Translations under genes and position numbers: made by a program
Shown here: positions 52,600 through 64,000 of the stretch, piece by piece
Position numbering within the stretch: position 1 is the first letter of the stretch
How the letters are laid out: each line of letters starts with the position of its first letter
Source of the DNA: Octopus vulgaris
Taxonomy: Eukaryota
Assembly: GCA_951406725.2 (NCBI GenBank)
Contig: OX597816.1
Span: forward strand, 148,862,001-148,926,000
Length of the DNA stretch: 64,000 nt
Direction of reading: 5' to 3'
The notes under the pieces: generated by a model
Told to the model about the DNA's origin: nothing
The model's database searches: none
Seen by the model: the letters and a program-made list of their open reading frames with translations, nothing else

Positions 52600-53260
52600 T
52601 TTATGACATTTGAGTCAACAATCTGAGCTTCATGCTTCACGAAAGATATCAAGTTTAGCTTACTCCAAGATCCTCCAATCTTCAAGCTATCTTCAATTAT
52701 GCTTCAAGGTGGATGTCGGCAGCATGAGATTTTGTGAGTAAAAGCTGTTACTTGCGAGTAAATACATTTTTGCTTGACAGTGGGGTTGACTTTGAAGTAT
52801 TTAAACCTAAGTTGCACTCCTTGGTCAGTCAGTAATTATTCGGATAATATTTTGTGTATTTCGAAATTGCTTAGATTCTTATAAGTCAGGCTATCTAGGA
52901 TGTCTGAGTTGGTTGGTAAGGGATCTGGAAGTGGGTGGCGATATACATGCATTATGTTGGTTCTGTGTATAGGGAAGTGAAAATGAGAGTTTTCTTGATT
53001 TATAGGAAAATCAGCTACCATGGTGACTTTGCTATGTTGTTAGCCTGATGTAGATGTTATTTTCCAACTGGATAGATAAACTTGTCTTTATGGACACCTC
53101 TAGTGAATATCTCTCACAAAATCTCATGCTGCCAGCAGCCATCTTGTGGTACAATTGAAAGCAGCCTGAAGATTAGAGAAGAAAGTTGAACTGCTTGGAC
53201 TAACCTTAGCCAGACGTTATTAGAACATGAAACTTAAGTAGTTGACTTAAAATTTATAAG
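52600..53260. mobile_element. Old fold-back/MITE with ~140-bp inverted arms
   Basis: ggcagcatgagattttgtgag (52718-52738) is the exact reverse complement of 53113-53133; weaker matches extend outward (agtcaac..ttcatg / catgaa..gttgact). Confidence 0.65.
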
Positions 53261-53825
53261 ATACTGTATATGAAATATTCACAAACACAAATTTATTGAG
53301 TTCTTTAACTTACTGAATTTAATATCAAATGAACAGCGTGTGTGTGTGTGTATGTGTGTGGGTGGGGGTGCATGTGTGTGGGTGGTGGGTGTGTATGTGT
53401 GGGTGTGGGTGTGGTGTGGTGTGTGCGTGTGTGCACACTTAAATCACACAAATAACAAGTGTAAGATTATGAGGCAACTAAATAAATAATACATAGAGTT
53501 AGACCATCAAAAACAAAGGACTGAAAAAGTGTAGATATATAAAGCGAAAAGGCAACAATCAAAGAAGTGTGTAATGAAGATAAATATGACTATTGAAAGA
53601 AACAGAATCTAATATTTCAAGAGATACTATTTATCAAAGAAAAGGACTGAGTGGCAAGAGAAAAACAAAAACTACATGATACCGAATTTACGATGTCTGT
53701 TTACTTCTGACCAATATTTACTCCAGTTTTGTTAGTATTAAGCAAGTAAGAAACATGATAGAATGCTAGTTTAAAATAAAGTAACTTTCCCAGAAGTTTT
53801 CCCAGAATTTATATAAATATATTCA

Positions 53826-53835
53826 TTTATTTATT
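53826..53835 (-). terminator. Candidate polyadenylation signals (overlapping AATAAA) of IQCA1
   Basis: Two overlapping AATAAA on the minus strand ~25-35 nt after the stop codon. Confidence 0.5.
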
Positions 53836-53859
53836 ATTCTCATCAAAAGCATAAATCAA

Positions 53860-53988
53860 TTATTTCTTCTTCTTTTTCTTCTTTTTGCCTTTACTGTCTT
53901 TCTTATCTGATTTGCCAAGTAAAGTGTCCATCTCTTGTTTAGCTGCCTTGTTTCTCTTCTTACCAAGTGGAGTCTTGGCGTACCAGTC
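53860..53988 (-). CDS. IQCA1: IQCA1/DRC11 terminal coding exon
   Basis: Acceptor aaacag|, phase 0; DWYAKTPLGKKRNKAAKQEMDTLLGKSDKKDSKGKKKKKKKK* (WYAKTPLGKKR is the conserved IQCA1 C-terminal motif); TAA at 53860-53862. Confidence 0.93.
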   Translation of the reverse strand, partial: DWYAKTPLGKKRNKAAKQEMDTLLGKSDKKDSKGKKKKKKKK

Positions 53989-54055
53989 CTGTTTAGGGAC
54001 AATAAAAAGAATGTTTGTAAGAAAGAATGTGAGTGAACAAAAATAAAAGCTTTAA

Positions 54056-54273
54056 CCCTTTAGCATTTAAAGCAGCCATATCCAGCCAAAAGTATTCTGC
54101 TTGTTTTATGTTCAAACTGGCCATATCTGGTCTCTTACACTAACCCTACAATATCATCTTAATTAACAGCTACCTCATCAAAATCTCATTACTACAAGAT
54201 AATACATGATTAGTTCAAAACAATGTGGATAAAAAAGCATTAATTTTGGCAGAATAATGTAAACACTAAAGGG
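54056..54273. mobile_element. piggyBac-type MITE in IQCA1 intron
   Basis: TTAA on both sides (54052-54055, 54274-54277); TIR ccctttagcattta / taaacactaaaggg (12/14 match). Confidence 0.85.
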
Positions 54274-55250
54274 TTAAGGTGTTAATGAGTTTACATAGTA
54301 CAGTACTGAGTTAAATTATTAAGTAGAAGTTAATATTTAGAAAAAGATTTTATTGAAATATCCTCAGACCGATAATTATCCCAATTTCATTTGTAATAAG
54401 CATTCCATATTCCACATGTTAGTATACTAGATTAAAATAAAGTAATTTTCCTAGAAACTTTAGTGTACACTTGTGATGTCTTGCAGACAGAGGAAAGTAT
54501 AGAAAATAGTTTCCCACCTGAGGATAACCATTAACTTTGCAGATGACTTAAATTGATAAGTCATGTGTTTACACACGACCAGTGTAGCCATTTTGCTTTA
54601 TTGATCTGGGGCTTGGTGGGGATTTTTAAACAAAGCAAAAATATTTATCTTACTAGCAGTACCTGTGGAAGTTCCATGGTAAATACAAAATTTTTTTAGA
54701 TGACTGTAAGGTTATACAGAAAAATGAAAATAAAGGTTTCTTTTGAAATTGTGTAATTTGCATTATTTTTATTTTAAAAAAACTTTCAGTTTTTATGGAT
54801 TAGGTTGTAGTTGCTAAAATAAATTGACATATGAACTACAAGCATGTTTTTTTTTAACTTTTTGGAAGTGAATAAGAACTCAGGATGCTAGTGCTTCAAA
54901 CCTTATTCCACGGTATTCCTGATCAAAGTAAACAACTTAGATTGCTTTAGTTTGCCTGACTGACAAAACCATTTCCACTCTTAATCATAGTTGAGCATTA
55001 ACAGTAATAACTATTGCACCATCAAAAAAAGACAAAAAAAGCATTCTGTGCATATTAGTATGGAAAAGAAACCTGAAAATAGTAAAAATAAATCTTAGTT
55101 ATTTGTAATATAAAATGACATCCACATATTAGATGGAAACTAATGTTCAGAATTACTGAAATCCATGTCCCTATAGATTCAAGCCACTGACCAATCTGTA
55201 ATAGATATAAAAATAAAATAAGATAAAAATAATAAAACAGCAAAGTTTAC

Positions 55251-55489
55251 CTTAAATACTGTCTCTTGTTCTTTATAAACAGGGTCAATAGCTGATAATG
55301 GTGTAAGAAGCTCAATGGCCTGCAGGGGTCTTTTGTTCAGTGATTGTTTTCTGTGATCAGTGAGAATAGACTTGAGGGCTGAAACAAAGTCTCCTGGTGT
55401 GAATCCATCAGTGACTTTCGCAAGGGATGTCAGATCAAATTGTGCTGGTAAAGTAATGCCATGAGCTGGAATTATTTTCTTCCAGATTA
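55251..55489 (-). CDS. IQCA1: IQCA1/DRC11 internal exon (AAA lid region)
   Basis: tttcag| ... |gtaaac, 239 bp, phase 1 to 0; LIWKKIIPAHG...LTSLAKVTDGFTPGD...PLQAIEL...IDPVYKEQETVFK. Confidence 0.93.
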
Positions 55490-56269
55490 CTGAAATATAA
55501 AGCAGTGATTTCTTCTGTTGGCATAATTTTTTGATCTAAGAAAAGGAAATCGGTTCTTTAAATTTTGTGCATTCCCCAGGGGTCTTTTCATAATAAAGTA
55601 AAATTAAAATGGTTTCAAATGGAAAGTAAAATAGAATCATAGACTTTATTTCTAGGTAGAAAGGCAATATATATATTTTTAAAGAAAGAGATAATGAGAT
55701 GCTGTGATGTTCATTTCTTTTCCATTAGCACATAAATGAAGAAAAATGGCTTTCAATTGGGTACCAGGACAGAAGCACAGACGTAACTTGCAAGGAACTT
55801 GCTGAGAAGAATATTGATTTGTTTCTACAAAGGAAAATGTTTACAACTGTATAGGATCTGGAGAAAGAAACATTGTGATGGTCATTCGTCTCTCAAAGGC
55901 ATTAGCAACATTCATCAATTCTCCATCCCACGTGTCTCCTCCTGTTCTGTTTAGAGTCACTGAAGACATCACAGGATGTGTGACAAAAGATTTAAGGCAT
56001 TTGCAACATTTTTTAATCAAAAATGAACTGCAAACATGGATGGCAGAGAACTTACTGGAAAAATTATTGATTTTAGTTATGGACAAACTATAATTTGCAA
56101 TAGAAACTGGAATGCTATACTATTTATTATTTTCCTAAGAAATTAGAAGTGTAAATAATATCAAGATCCTTAAATAATTTTGGCTTGCTAGGAGCTCACC
56201 TCTAACTCTTCTGAAGTTATCATTTGATGGTCTACACTAATCTCGATCTCATTGGATGTGTCATAAATT

Positions 56270-56615
56270 TCAGCAAGTCAACATTTACCCCTATAAAGTC
56301 AACAGATACTTCTACTAAGTAAAAAGTAACTCATAAAAGGTAAGCAAGCAACTTCCCTAAGAAAATTAACAGTAACTTCTGAAATATCAATTGTAGCTCC
56401 CAGAATGTTGACAGTTATCCTCAGAAAGTTAAAACTCTTTCCTCATAAGTTAATAGATTTCTTTAGTAAGTAAACAGCAGCTTCCAGAAAGTCAACTGTG
56501 ACACCTAGAAAGTCAACAGTGACACCTAGAAAGTCAATAATCACACCTGAGAAGTCAGCAAGGGCCTCATGTAAGACAACAGTGTCCCCTAAAGAGACAA
56601 CAGCAGTATCTCCTA
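56270..56615 (+). repeat. Degenerate 21-bp minisatellite (~16 units) in IQCA1 intron
   Basis: Consensus gaaagtcaacagtgacaccta; best preserved at 56487-56550, with 21-nt phasing visible on both sides. Confidence 0.8.
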
Positions 56616-57024
56616 AATAAATTCACTAAGGTGGAAGTGGAATCCTGGTTGTATTATTGAGATTATTGAAGTAGTGGTAGTAGTAGCAGCAGCAGCAATA
56701 ATAGTTGTGATTGTGGTCATGGTAAGATTATACATATGTGTTGGAAGATGAAGACAATGACAATGATACTTAAAGCAGTGATGATGGCAACAACAACGAC
56801 GATGGTGATGATGATGATGATGATGATGATGACAACGACAAGGACAACAACAATTACATTACTGATGTTGACAATGATGATGAGTTATAAAACAGAATAA
56901 AAATAAAGTCATAATACAGAAAGGAGAAGCAAGTTGAACAAGAATATAAATAAACAAAAGAGAGGAAACGAGAAAGAAATACAAGACTGAAGAAAGAGAG
57001 GAGAGAGCTGTATTTCCTCCTCAC

Positions 57025-57202
57025 AGTAACGAGATGTGTAATCAGGTCTAGGAATTAATATAATTTTCTGGTAGAGATTGCTCAATGGTTTCATTTCTCC
57101 TTCATATGGACATCGAGATGTTCCAACCAGCAGCAAACGATCTTCAGGTTTGACAGTCTTGAGAAATTTTGGCATCTCTTTTGCCAAACGTTTTGGATTG
57201 GT
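57025..57202 (-). CDS. IQCA1: IQCA1/DRC11 internal exon
   Basis: ttgtag| ... |gtgagg, 178 bp, phase 0 to 1; TNPKRLAKEMPKFLKTVKPEDRLLLVGTSRCPY...YQKIILIPRPDYTSRY. Confidence 0.94.
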
Positions 57203-57439
57203 CTACAAAATATACAGGAAAATCAGTACATTAGTGGTGGAAATACCAAGCTCTTTCCATTGACATGAAATAAAATCCCCAATGTTAAATGCCCTACATA
57301 AGAGTATTGCTGGTGCACTCTACACATTCATTCAAGTAAACAAGCTCATGAAGAAGTCTGAACACGGCTACTTGACCTGCAAAAAATAACTAAATCTCCC
57401 TAAAATAAAATTACAACCATCTTTAAAAAGAAAAGGACA

Positions 57440-57820
57440 TTCATCATCATCATTACATTAGTTGTCCACAATGGCATAGTTTGGACAGTCTAACCAGGGC
57501 TGGTAAGTTGAGGGGCTACACCAGACACCAGTCTGATTTCACATGGTTTCTATGACTGGGTGTCCTTCCTAATGCCAACCACTCTGAGAGTGTAATGGGT
57601 GCTTTTACATGTCACTGGCACAGGTGCCAGTTGTGTGACACCAGTATCTGCCACAACTATGATTTCATTTGGCTTGATGGGTCGTCTACTCAAGCATGGC
57701 ATATCACCAAAGGTCTTGGTCACTTGCCATTGCCTCCATGAGGCCCAATGCACAAAAGGTACTTTTTACATGCCACTGGCACAAGTGCTAGTTATGTGAC
57801 ACTGGCATCAGCCACGTAAT
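57440..57820 (-). mobile_element. SINE/RTE-type retroposon fragment in IQCA1 intron
   Basis: Minus strand ggttggcattaggaaggacaccc block, repeated cactggcaca motifs and a (GAT)n tail at 57440-57452; family assignment is from recollection, not a search. Confidence 0.55.
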
Positions 57821-60153
57821 TTTGAATGCCCCTAAAAATATGAAATGGTGAGAGTTAGAATGCATATGATTATAGGTTTCCTCAATTAGATTTAACCTGG
57901 AGCTAAATGATTACTCTCCACAAGAACATTCTTGACAGCATAAAAAACAACAGACTTTATCCACAAGATCAGTAAACCTTCCCCAGTTACTTGCCCACTA
58001 ACAAATTTTATGCTAGCCCTGTCTCTTCTATTAATACTGCGATCATCTTTGCTCACCTTAAATATGTGAATGTCACCCAACTCCATTTATTTTTATGTTA
58101 AACTTTGCTTCTCTTCTTCACTGAATCAAACCCTTCCCTTCTAGACTCCCATATCCAAAAGTTTTCCAGTCTTTTCAACCTAGTACTTTTACCTGGACCA
58201 AGTTTCTATTCCTGCTCCTAAGTTGAAAGAACACTAAAATTCAGATTGTAAAAATAATAAAAAATCAATCTTAAAAATTAAACAAAATCTACTGCAAAGA
58301 ATTTATCATTATGGCAGGAAACACTCCAAACACACATGTACATAAGCACATTCCCACTGATTACTCAACTTTTATTCTATTTCTTATTTATACCATGTAT
58401 TTTCATCTATTCTGAGTTTAAATACCTAACTGAATTCTGTTTAAACCTATATTAGCTCACAAAAAAATTAATTTTTATGCTGGGTTAGTCTAACTGCAAT
58501 TTTTCAGTTAATCTTCTATCATTTAATCAGAATTTTATGTGCATTATTTTTGTATGCATAAAAACAAAAATATGCATGAGGATTTGGTTTTATTGCCATG
58601 GTTAAGATGAATTTTTAAATACAAGATGGGAATTTGTCCCATTGTATTGTAATAACAACAATACTACAACAGTGTATGCTTATAAAAAGAAACACAGCCT
58701 TCATAACAATCCTTTCAGTTTAAATTTCATAAAGTATTTGATTAACTAATTTGTAAAAAACGAATGTATTCCTAAAACAAAAATAAAAAATAATTTTTAA
58801 AAAGGCATTTAAAAAACTAAAACAAAAAAAAAGATTTTATCAGAACCAATCAACTGGACTTGCAGTAAAAGATATTAGAATTCTTGTTGTCAAAAAATCG
58901 TTAAAAAGGCTACAAAGAAAATCCAATGAGACTTGCATGCATCTCTTTCATTTGGTTTCATTTAATACAGGGATTTATAATGAAGTCATTGCAAAACTTT
59001 TGTATAATGTTAATTAAGCCACAACCACAAACAAGAGAAGCTCTAGGAAAAAAATGGTAATTGAAGAAACAGATGGATTTTTTTAAAGCCAAACTCTACA
59101 ATGCTGCTTAAAATTGTCATGTAGAATGTACAATACAAATATAACAGAAGGTTCTTGATTAAGCACTTAATGTGATATTATAATAAACTCCATCTCTATA
59201 ATTTAATTTTAGTAAAACTATTTCAGTTGAATGCTTACTTTATTATGTTATAAGACAAATTAAAAACACCAGACATTTTTGCTAAATCCAGAGTATATTG
59301 GAGACATTGCAGCTTGTGAAAAAAATATATTATAAATGCTTCCAGCATTCTTAAGAAAATTTTTTTCGAGTTGATGCTTATACTTAATAGTTTCATGGAA
59401 CTAAGTAGGTGACAGACAAATCTGCAATTGGGTAGAAAGTAAATCTATTGTAGATACAGTTCTCAGAAGTTTTAATACCACACATAAGCAAATAAAATTA
59501 AGTGCCAAAACAATCAAATGGATATGGTATTGAAAACCAGTTCAAATCCAGTGCAAATATTTCATTTCTTAACATCAGTATACCTGTCTATTGGGAATAT
59601 GTGCTAGACTCTTGGAGAATGTAGCCTGAAATAGACTAGCATTCCATCCAAAAGAAAATTTACGTTCTAGTCACTGCACTCAAAAAGCAAAGCTATTCAC
59701 ACTTTTTTTAAAGACCTCCCTCTTAAGGGCCAGCTTAAGAAACAGAAACATCTTTTTATGTAATATAAAATGTACGGTCAAATTACACAACAAAACGCCT
59801 ACAGTTGATTTGAACTAGTTTCCATTATTGTATCCAATTAGCCATTTTACTACGAGTGAATAATCACCTAGGAAAAATTTACAGTAAGTATAAAACAAAA
59901 GTTGCTCTTATTATTTCTATCAAATAAGTCTGGCTTGTTTCTGTGATTTTTTTAATGACAATCTCGTGCTCTTAAATCGTATTCTCCTTATCTTAAAAAT
60001 GGTGTTTTGTTGAAAGAGATTTATCACAAGTGCAAAGACTCAATGATGACTCGATGTTTCATGTATGCATGAAATGATAAAAGAAACATTTTCATGTTGG
60101 ATAGAAATGACAGGGAAGTAAGGGAGGTAACTCGAACAGAGTAATGTACTAAC

Positions 60154-60237
60154 GGGGTCTGATTTGGGTATTTTCCTCTTGGCCATTCTCTCACAATCTC
60201 CAATGTAAATGACACTAGGTTGCAAGGCTCGTCCAAC
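60154..60237 (-). CDS. IQCA1: IQCA1/DRC11 internal exon (Walker B region)
   Basis: tttcag| ... |gttagt, 84 bp, phase 0 to 0; VGRALQPSVIYIGDCERMAKRKIPKSDP. Confidence 0.92.
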
Positions 60238-61143
60238 CTGAAATTAGAAATACTATTGAAGCAACAGTAGAAACAGGAATTGGATAGTGTAAAAAGGAGG
60301 CAAAAAAAGCTGGAATAGTGAGATGTGAGAATGTGTGATGATGAAGTTTTTTTCTGGTTCCAAGTCATAATCAACACTACACAATAGCGCTAAATTTTAA
60401 GTTGTGTCCTAGATCTAATTATCCAAAAATAATATCGAGAAAAATAGTTTTGCAGTTCCATTTAAGTAAATGAGTTATGTCCTATACATTGGGTAGATGA
60501 CATTCAAGATATAAACAAAAATATTAAAGTCACAATAATGTGTTACATTTGGGGAGCAGAGTGTTATTGTTGTTTAGTCTCAGGTCAACCTTCACTGAGC
60601 AGACCTTTCATCAAAAGCATTGAGACCCTGATCCAACTATGACCTTCCTTTCTTTTTAGAGATATTTAAGATGTCACTATTATTTAATGTCTCTTTCCCC
60701 CACCCTATTTTTCAAATGATAATGTGTGAGTTGAGGGAATTTTAGGTCAAGTCTCCCTCATCGTTATTGTTGTTGTTGTTGTTGATGTTTTTGCTGCTGC
60801 TGTTGTTGTTGTTGTTAAGCAACAAGATGGGTAAGGGTGATTAGGTGATGGTCTAGGGCTTAGGGGCAGGAGACCCCAGACCTTGGAAAAAAAAAAACTT
60901 TGGTCATCTTGTTGTAGTCGAGGGCTCTTTATTGATGCCCAACACCCCTCGGAGGTGGCCCTCGAAGTCGCTGGAAATGGAGATCTCCAGATCCAAATTC
61001 TTGAATGGCTGCTGCTGTTGCTGCTGTTGTTGTTGTTGTTCAGCTCTATATCAGGCTTAATTAAGCAGGTTTATGATCAAAAGCATTGAAGCATGACCAT
61101 CACTGCTAATCCAACTTACCAATTCTTTTGTAAGATGGGAGGA

Positions 61144-61330
61144 GTGAAGGCATATAGCCTAGTGGTTACCATGTTGAATTCACAATTTTACAACTGTCTT
61201 TTCGATTGCTGGACCAAGTGATGCATTATGTTCTTGAGCAAAATACTTCATCTGACATTGCTCCAGGTCACTCATATGCATAAACCTGCAACAGACTAAA
61301 TGCATAAACCACTCTAAATGCACAAACCTG
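61144..61330 (+). mobile_element. tRNA-derived SINE, CpG-decayed intronic copy
   Basis: Aligns with 51348-51460 (cctagtggtt A box, tgttcttgagcaaaa.actt). Confidence 0.65.
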
Positions 61331-62405
61331 CAACAGACGCCGCCGACGACAATGATGATGATGATGACAATGATGAAGATGACAATGACAACAAGTGTGG
61401 TTTGAAGGAAGTTTTGCTACTATTATTAATGGGTCAATCAACCACATAGAGGCTCTCTTGCATTGTTGTTGGGAGAGGGGACCTAGTACTGCTGTTACTG
61501 TTTTATTTGTTTGTACTAAAACTCACTGATGGCCAGGTGACATGGATTCCAGCCAGTTTATTGTTTTCCTGGCCAGGTGACATGGATACCAGCCTGGAAA
61601 AATTACATAATATGAAAAGCTCAAAGATATCCTTCTTTCTTTCTTCTTTTTTTTTGTTGAAGATGGGGTATTTTTATGGCAGGGGTAGATGCTAAATGGC
61701 CAAATAAATAACAAAAATAACATAAACAAGGAATTATTACCTCACTTCATGTGTTTTATAGGTCTTTATGTAAGGTGCTCAATTCTACCTGCTTTCTTAT
61801 CACTCTTCTATTGGTTTTCCATAATTTCAGACCAAAACACTAAGGATTTAACTATACTCTTGAAAATTTATTCTCAGGAGAAGTTACACTAGATTCATCT
61901 GGCAAATGGCAGCAGAAATCAAAGCTAAATTCTAGATACACTGTTCCTAATGGAGAGATTAGATGTTAACAGATGGAACATCTTTGATTATAGATCCACT
62001 TGATCAGAACTGACTGGAGGTTGAACAACAATAAACATATTCGTGGAAACTTGTGGTATATGAAAGGAGAGTTTTGTTAGGAATCAAACATGATCATTAT
62101 TCCTTTCATAGGATAATTTGTTTCTTTATTTGTGCAGTTGAAGGAAAATACATAGAATATTGAATTTGATTAACAAATATATTCTTGTATAAATATAGTT
62201 TGGGAGAGGATTTTTTTTTCTTTTTTGTAAAGGATACCGTTCAAACTCTTTATAATTATCTTGTAGAATTAGATAGATTTTGTTTGTGTGCCTCTATCAG
62301 AGTGAAAGTGAGCAAGTGCCAGTGAGAAATGGAGAAAAACTGTGTTATTTGTACATCTTGTGCATGTGAGATGCATGTGTCTATGTGTCTGCGTGTGTCT
62401 TTCTA

Positions 62406-62714
<309 letters not shown>

Positions 62715-62996
62715 TCATAAAAAGAAGGAGAATTAGGTAAAAAGAAGACTAATTCTAACAAATCAAAAAAATATGAAAATAGGTTAACAGAAGATTTTGA
62801 AATAGTAGCATTCCATACAGTTTTACAGACTTTTCATTAGTAACTAAATTTGATTGTTTTAATATGAAACTGGAAACTCAATAACATATTCAGTTACTAA
62901 CTTCTCGTTACTTGGTTCTGTTGTCTATTTTATATTTTATGTGCAAATGGTTTTTTATACAGTGCCGTGTTTTACAATCCTGTAAATAATAATAAT

Positions 62997-63287
62997 GGTA
63001 TTTTTTTTTTATATAAGCTTAAAGCTTATGGCGATCACTGTGCAATGACTACGGAAAATAGTTTAATAAAGGGTCATATAAGCCCTCGACAGAAAAAAGA
63101 AGGCTTTCCTATCCATAAAGGTAACACACTTAGTCATGTTAACAAAGGGATGTGAGTTCATGTCCCACACTAATAGGAAAGCCTTCTTTTTTCTGTCGAG
63201 GGCTTATATGCCCCTTTATCAGACTATTTTCCTTAGTCATTGCACTTTGATCGCTATAAGCTTTGAGCTTATATAAAAAAAAATACC
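62997..63287. repeat. Intronic inverted repeat / MITE, ~115-bp arms, 60-nt spacer
   Basis: 62997-63112 versus 63173-63287; the inner 36 bp (catataagccctcgacagaaaaaagaaggctttcctat) are exactly complementary, outer part has scattered mismatches. Confidence 0.9.
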
Positions 63288-63801
63288 TTCATATTTTATA
63301 TTCAACTTTCGAGGTCTATGAAACTAAGTTTCAATGTAAGACCATGCTGCTATAAATTTATTCTATTCTGATAACTGTACAAAATCCAAACTCCACTTGT
63401 TACTAATGTCTTTTGGCAATATATATATATACAGAAGGATACGTTTAGCTGTAATGTGAGAGTGGATTCAATAGTTCATACACTATGCTAAATTAATGAC
63501 TCGCCATGCTATATAACCACGCTGTTTTCAAGGGAAATAACTAGCTTTCAATTTATTATAGCAAAAGTTAACTCCCTTGCCTCGCTTTTTTTCTTTTTAG
63601 ATTTTAAGCCTTTTTTGATAATAATTCCATTAATATAAGTTTAATTTTCTTTAGGGTTCCAATTATTAGTTAATGTTATAAACTTAACAATCTTGTACTG
63701 TCCGTTGAAATACATTGGCGTAATTATAAACAAATTCGAAAATCAGCGAAAATTTCCTCAGTATTAGTTCGTAATAATTATATTTATAAAAAAATACTTT
63801 A

Positions 63802-63834
<33 letters not shown>

Positions 63835-64000
63835 TTAAGTTTTTGACACAAAACTTAGACAAGACGAGGGTTCTGAAAAATACGTTACTTGAATTTTTTG
63901 TTGCTTTGTTTTTGGGCGCTTTTTCCACCCCAACCTCCATAACAGAGTTAAATTCAAATGAAATTGGGAAAAAATTGAAGATTTCTGTTTATTAAAAAAC

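Noticed and set aside
56270-56615. Regularly spaced repeats as a CRISPR-like array
   Set aside because: Units are contiguous with no unique spacers, context is a eukaryotic intron, no cas genes.

Overview
Eukaryotic, AT-rich and extremely microsatellite-rich DNA. The SINE families and repeat landscape point to a coleoid cephalopod, most likely Octopus (inference). The only clear host gene is the 3' end of IQCA1/DRC11 (IQ motif + AAA ATPase, dynein regulatory complex) on the minus strand: five GT-AG exons at 62620-53860 that splice in frame, with the gene continuing beyond the right edge. The first ~53 kb look intergenic and are packed with mobile DNA: at least three tRNA-derived SINE families (Nin-, CORE- and Meta-domain-like), LINE fragments (CR1-like, R4/Dong-like RLE, L1/Tx1-like), several Penelope-like elements (PLEs; one near full length, one with a Naiad-type GIY-YIG), hAT and Helitron relics, mariner- and piggyBac-type MITEs, fold-back elements and very long (TA)n, (CA)n, (GATA)n and trinucleotide arrays. 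Almost all long ORFs in the supplied track are microsatellite translations. Most notable signals: (i) at least 7 type-I hammerhead-ribozyme motifs, several with long stem-II inserts and palindromic stem-III loops, on short PLE-derived units sitting in (TA)n tracts; (ii) recurrent perfect snap-back palindromes, one carrying a hammerhead on each strand; (iii) a GC-rich nested-hairpin element with asymmetric termini; (iv) a SINE and a LINE sharing a 3' stem-loop tail; (v) an apparent CpG-depletion boundary at the IQCA1 gene body. All calls are by eye; no database searches or folding programs were run.
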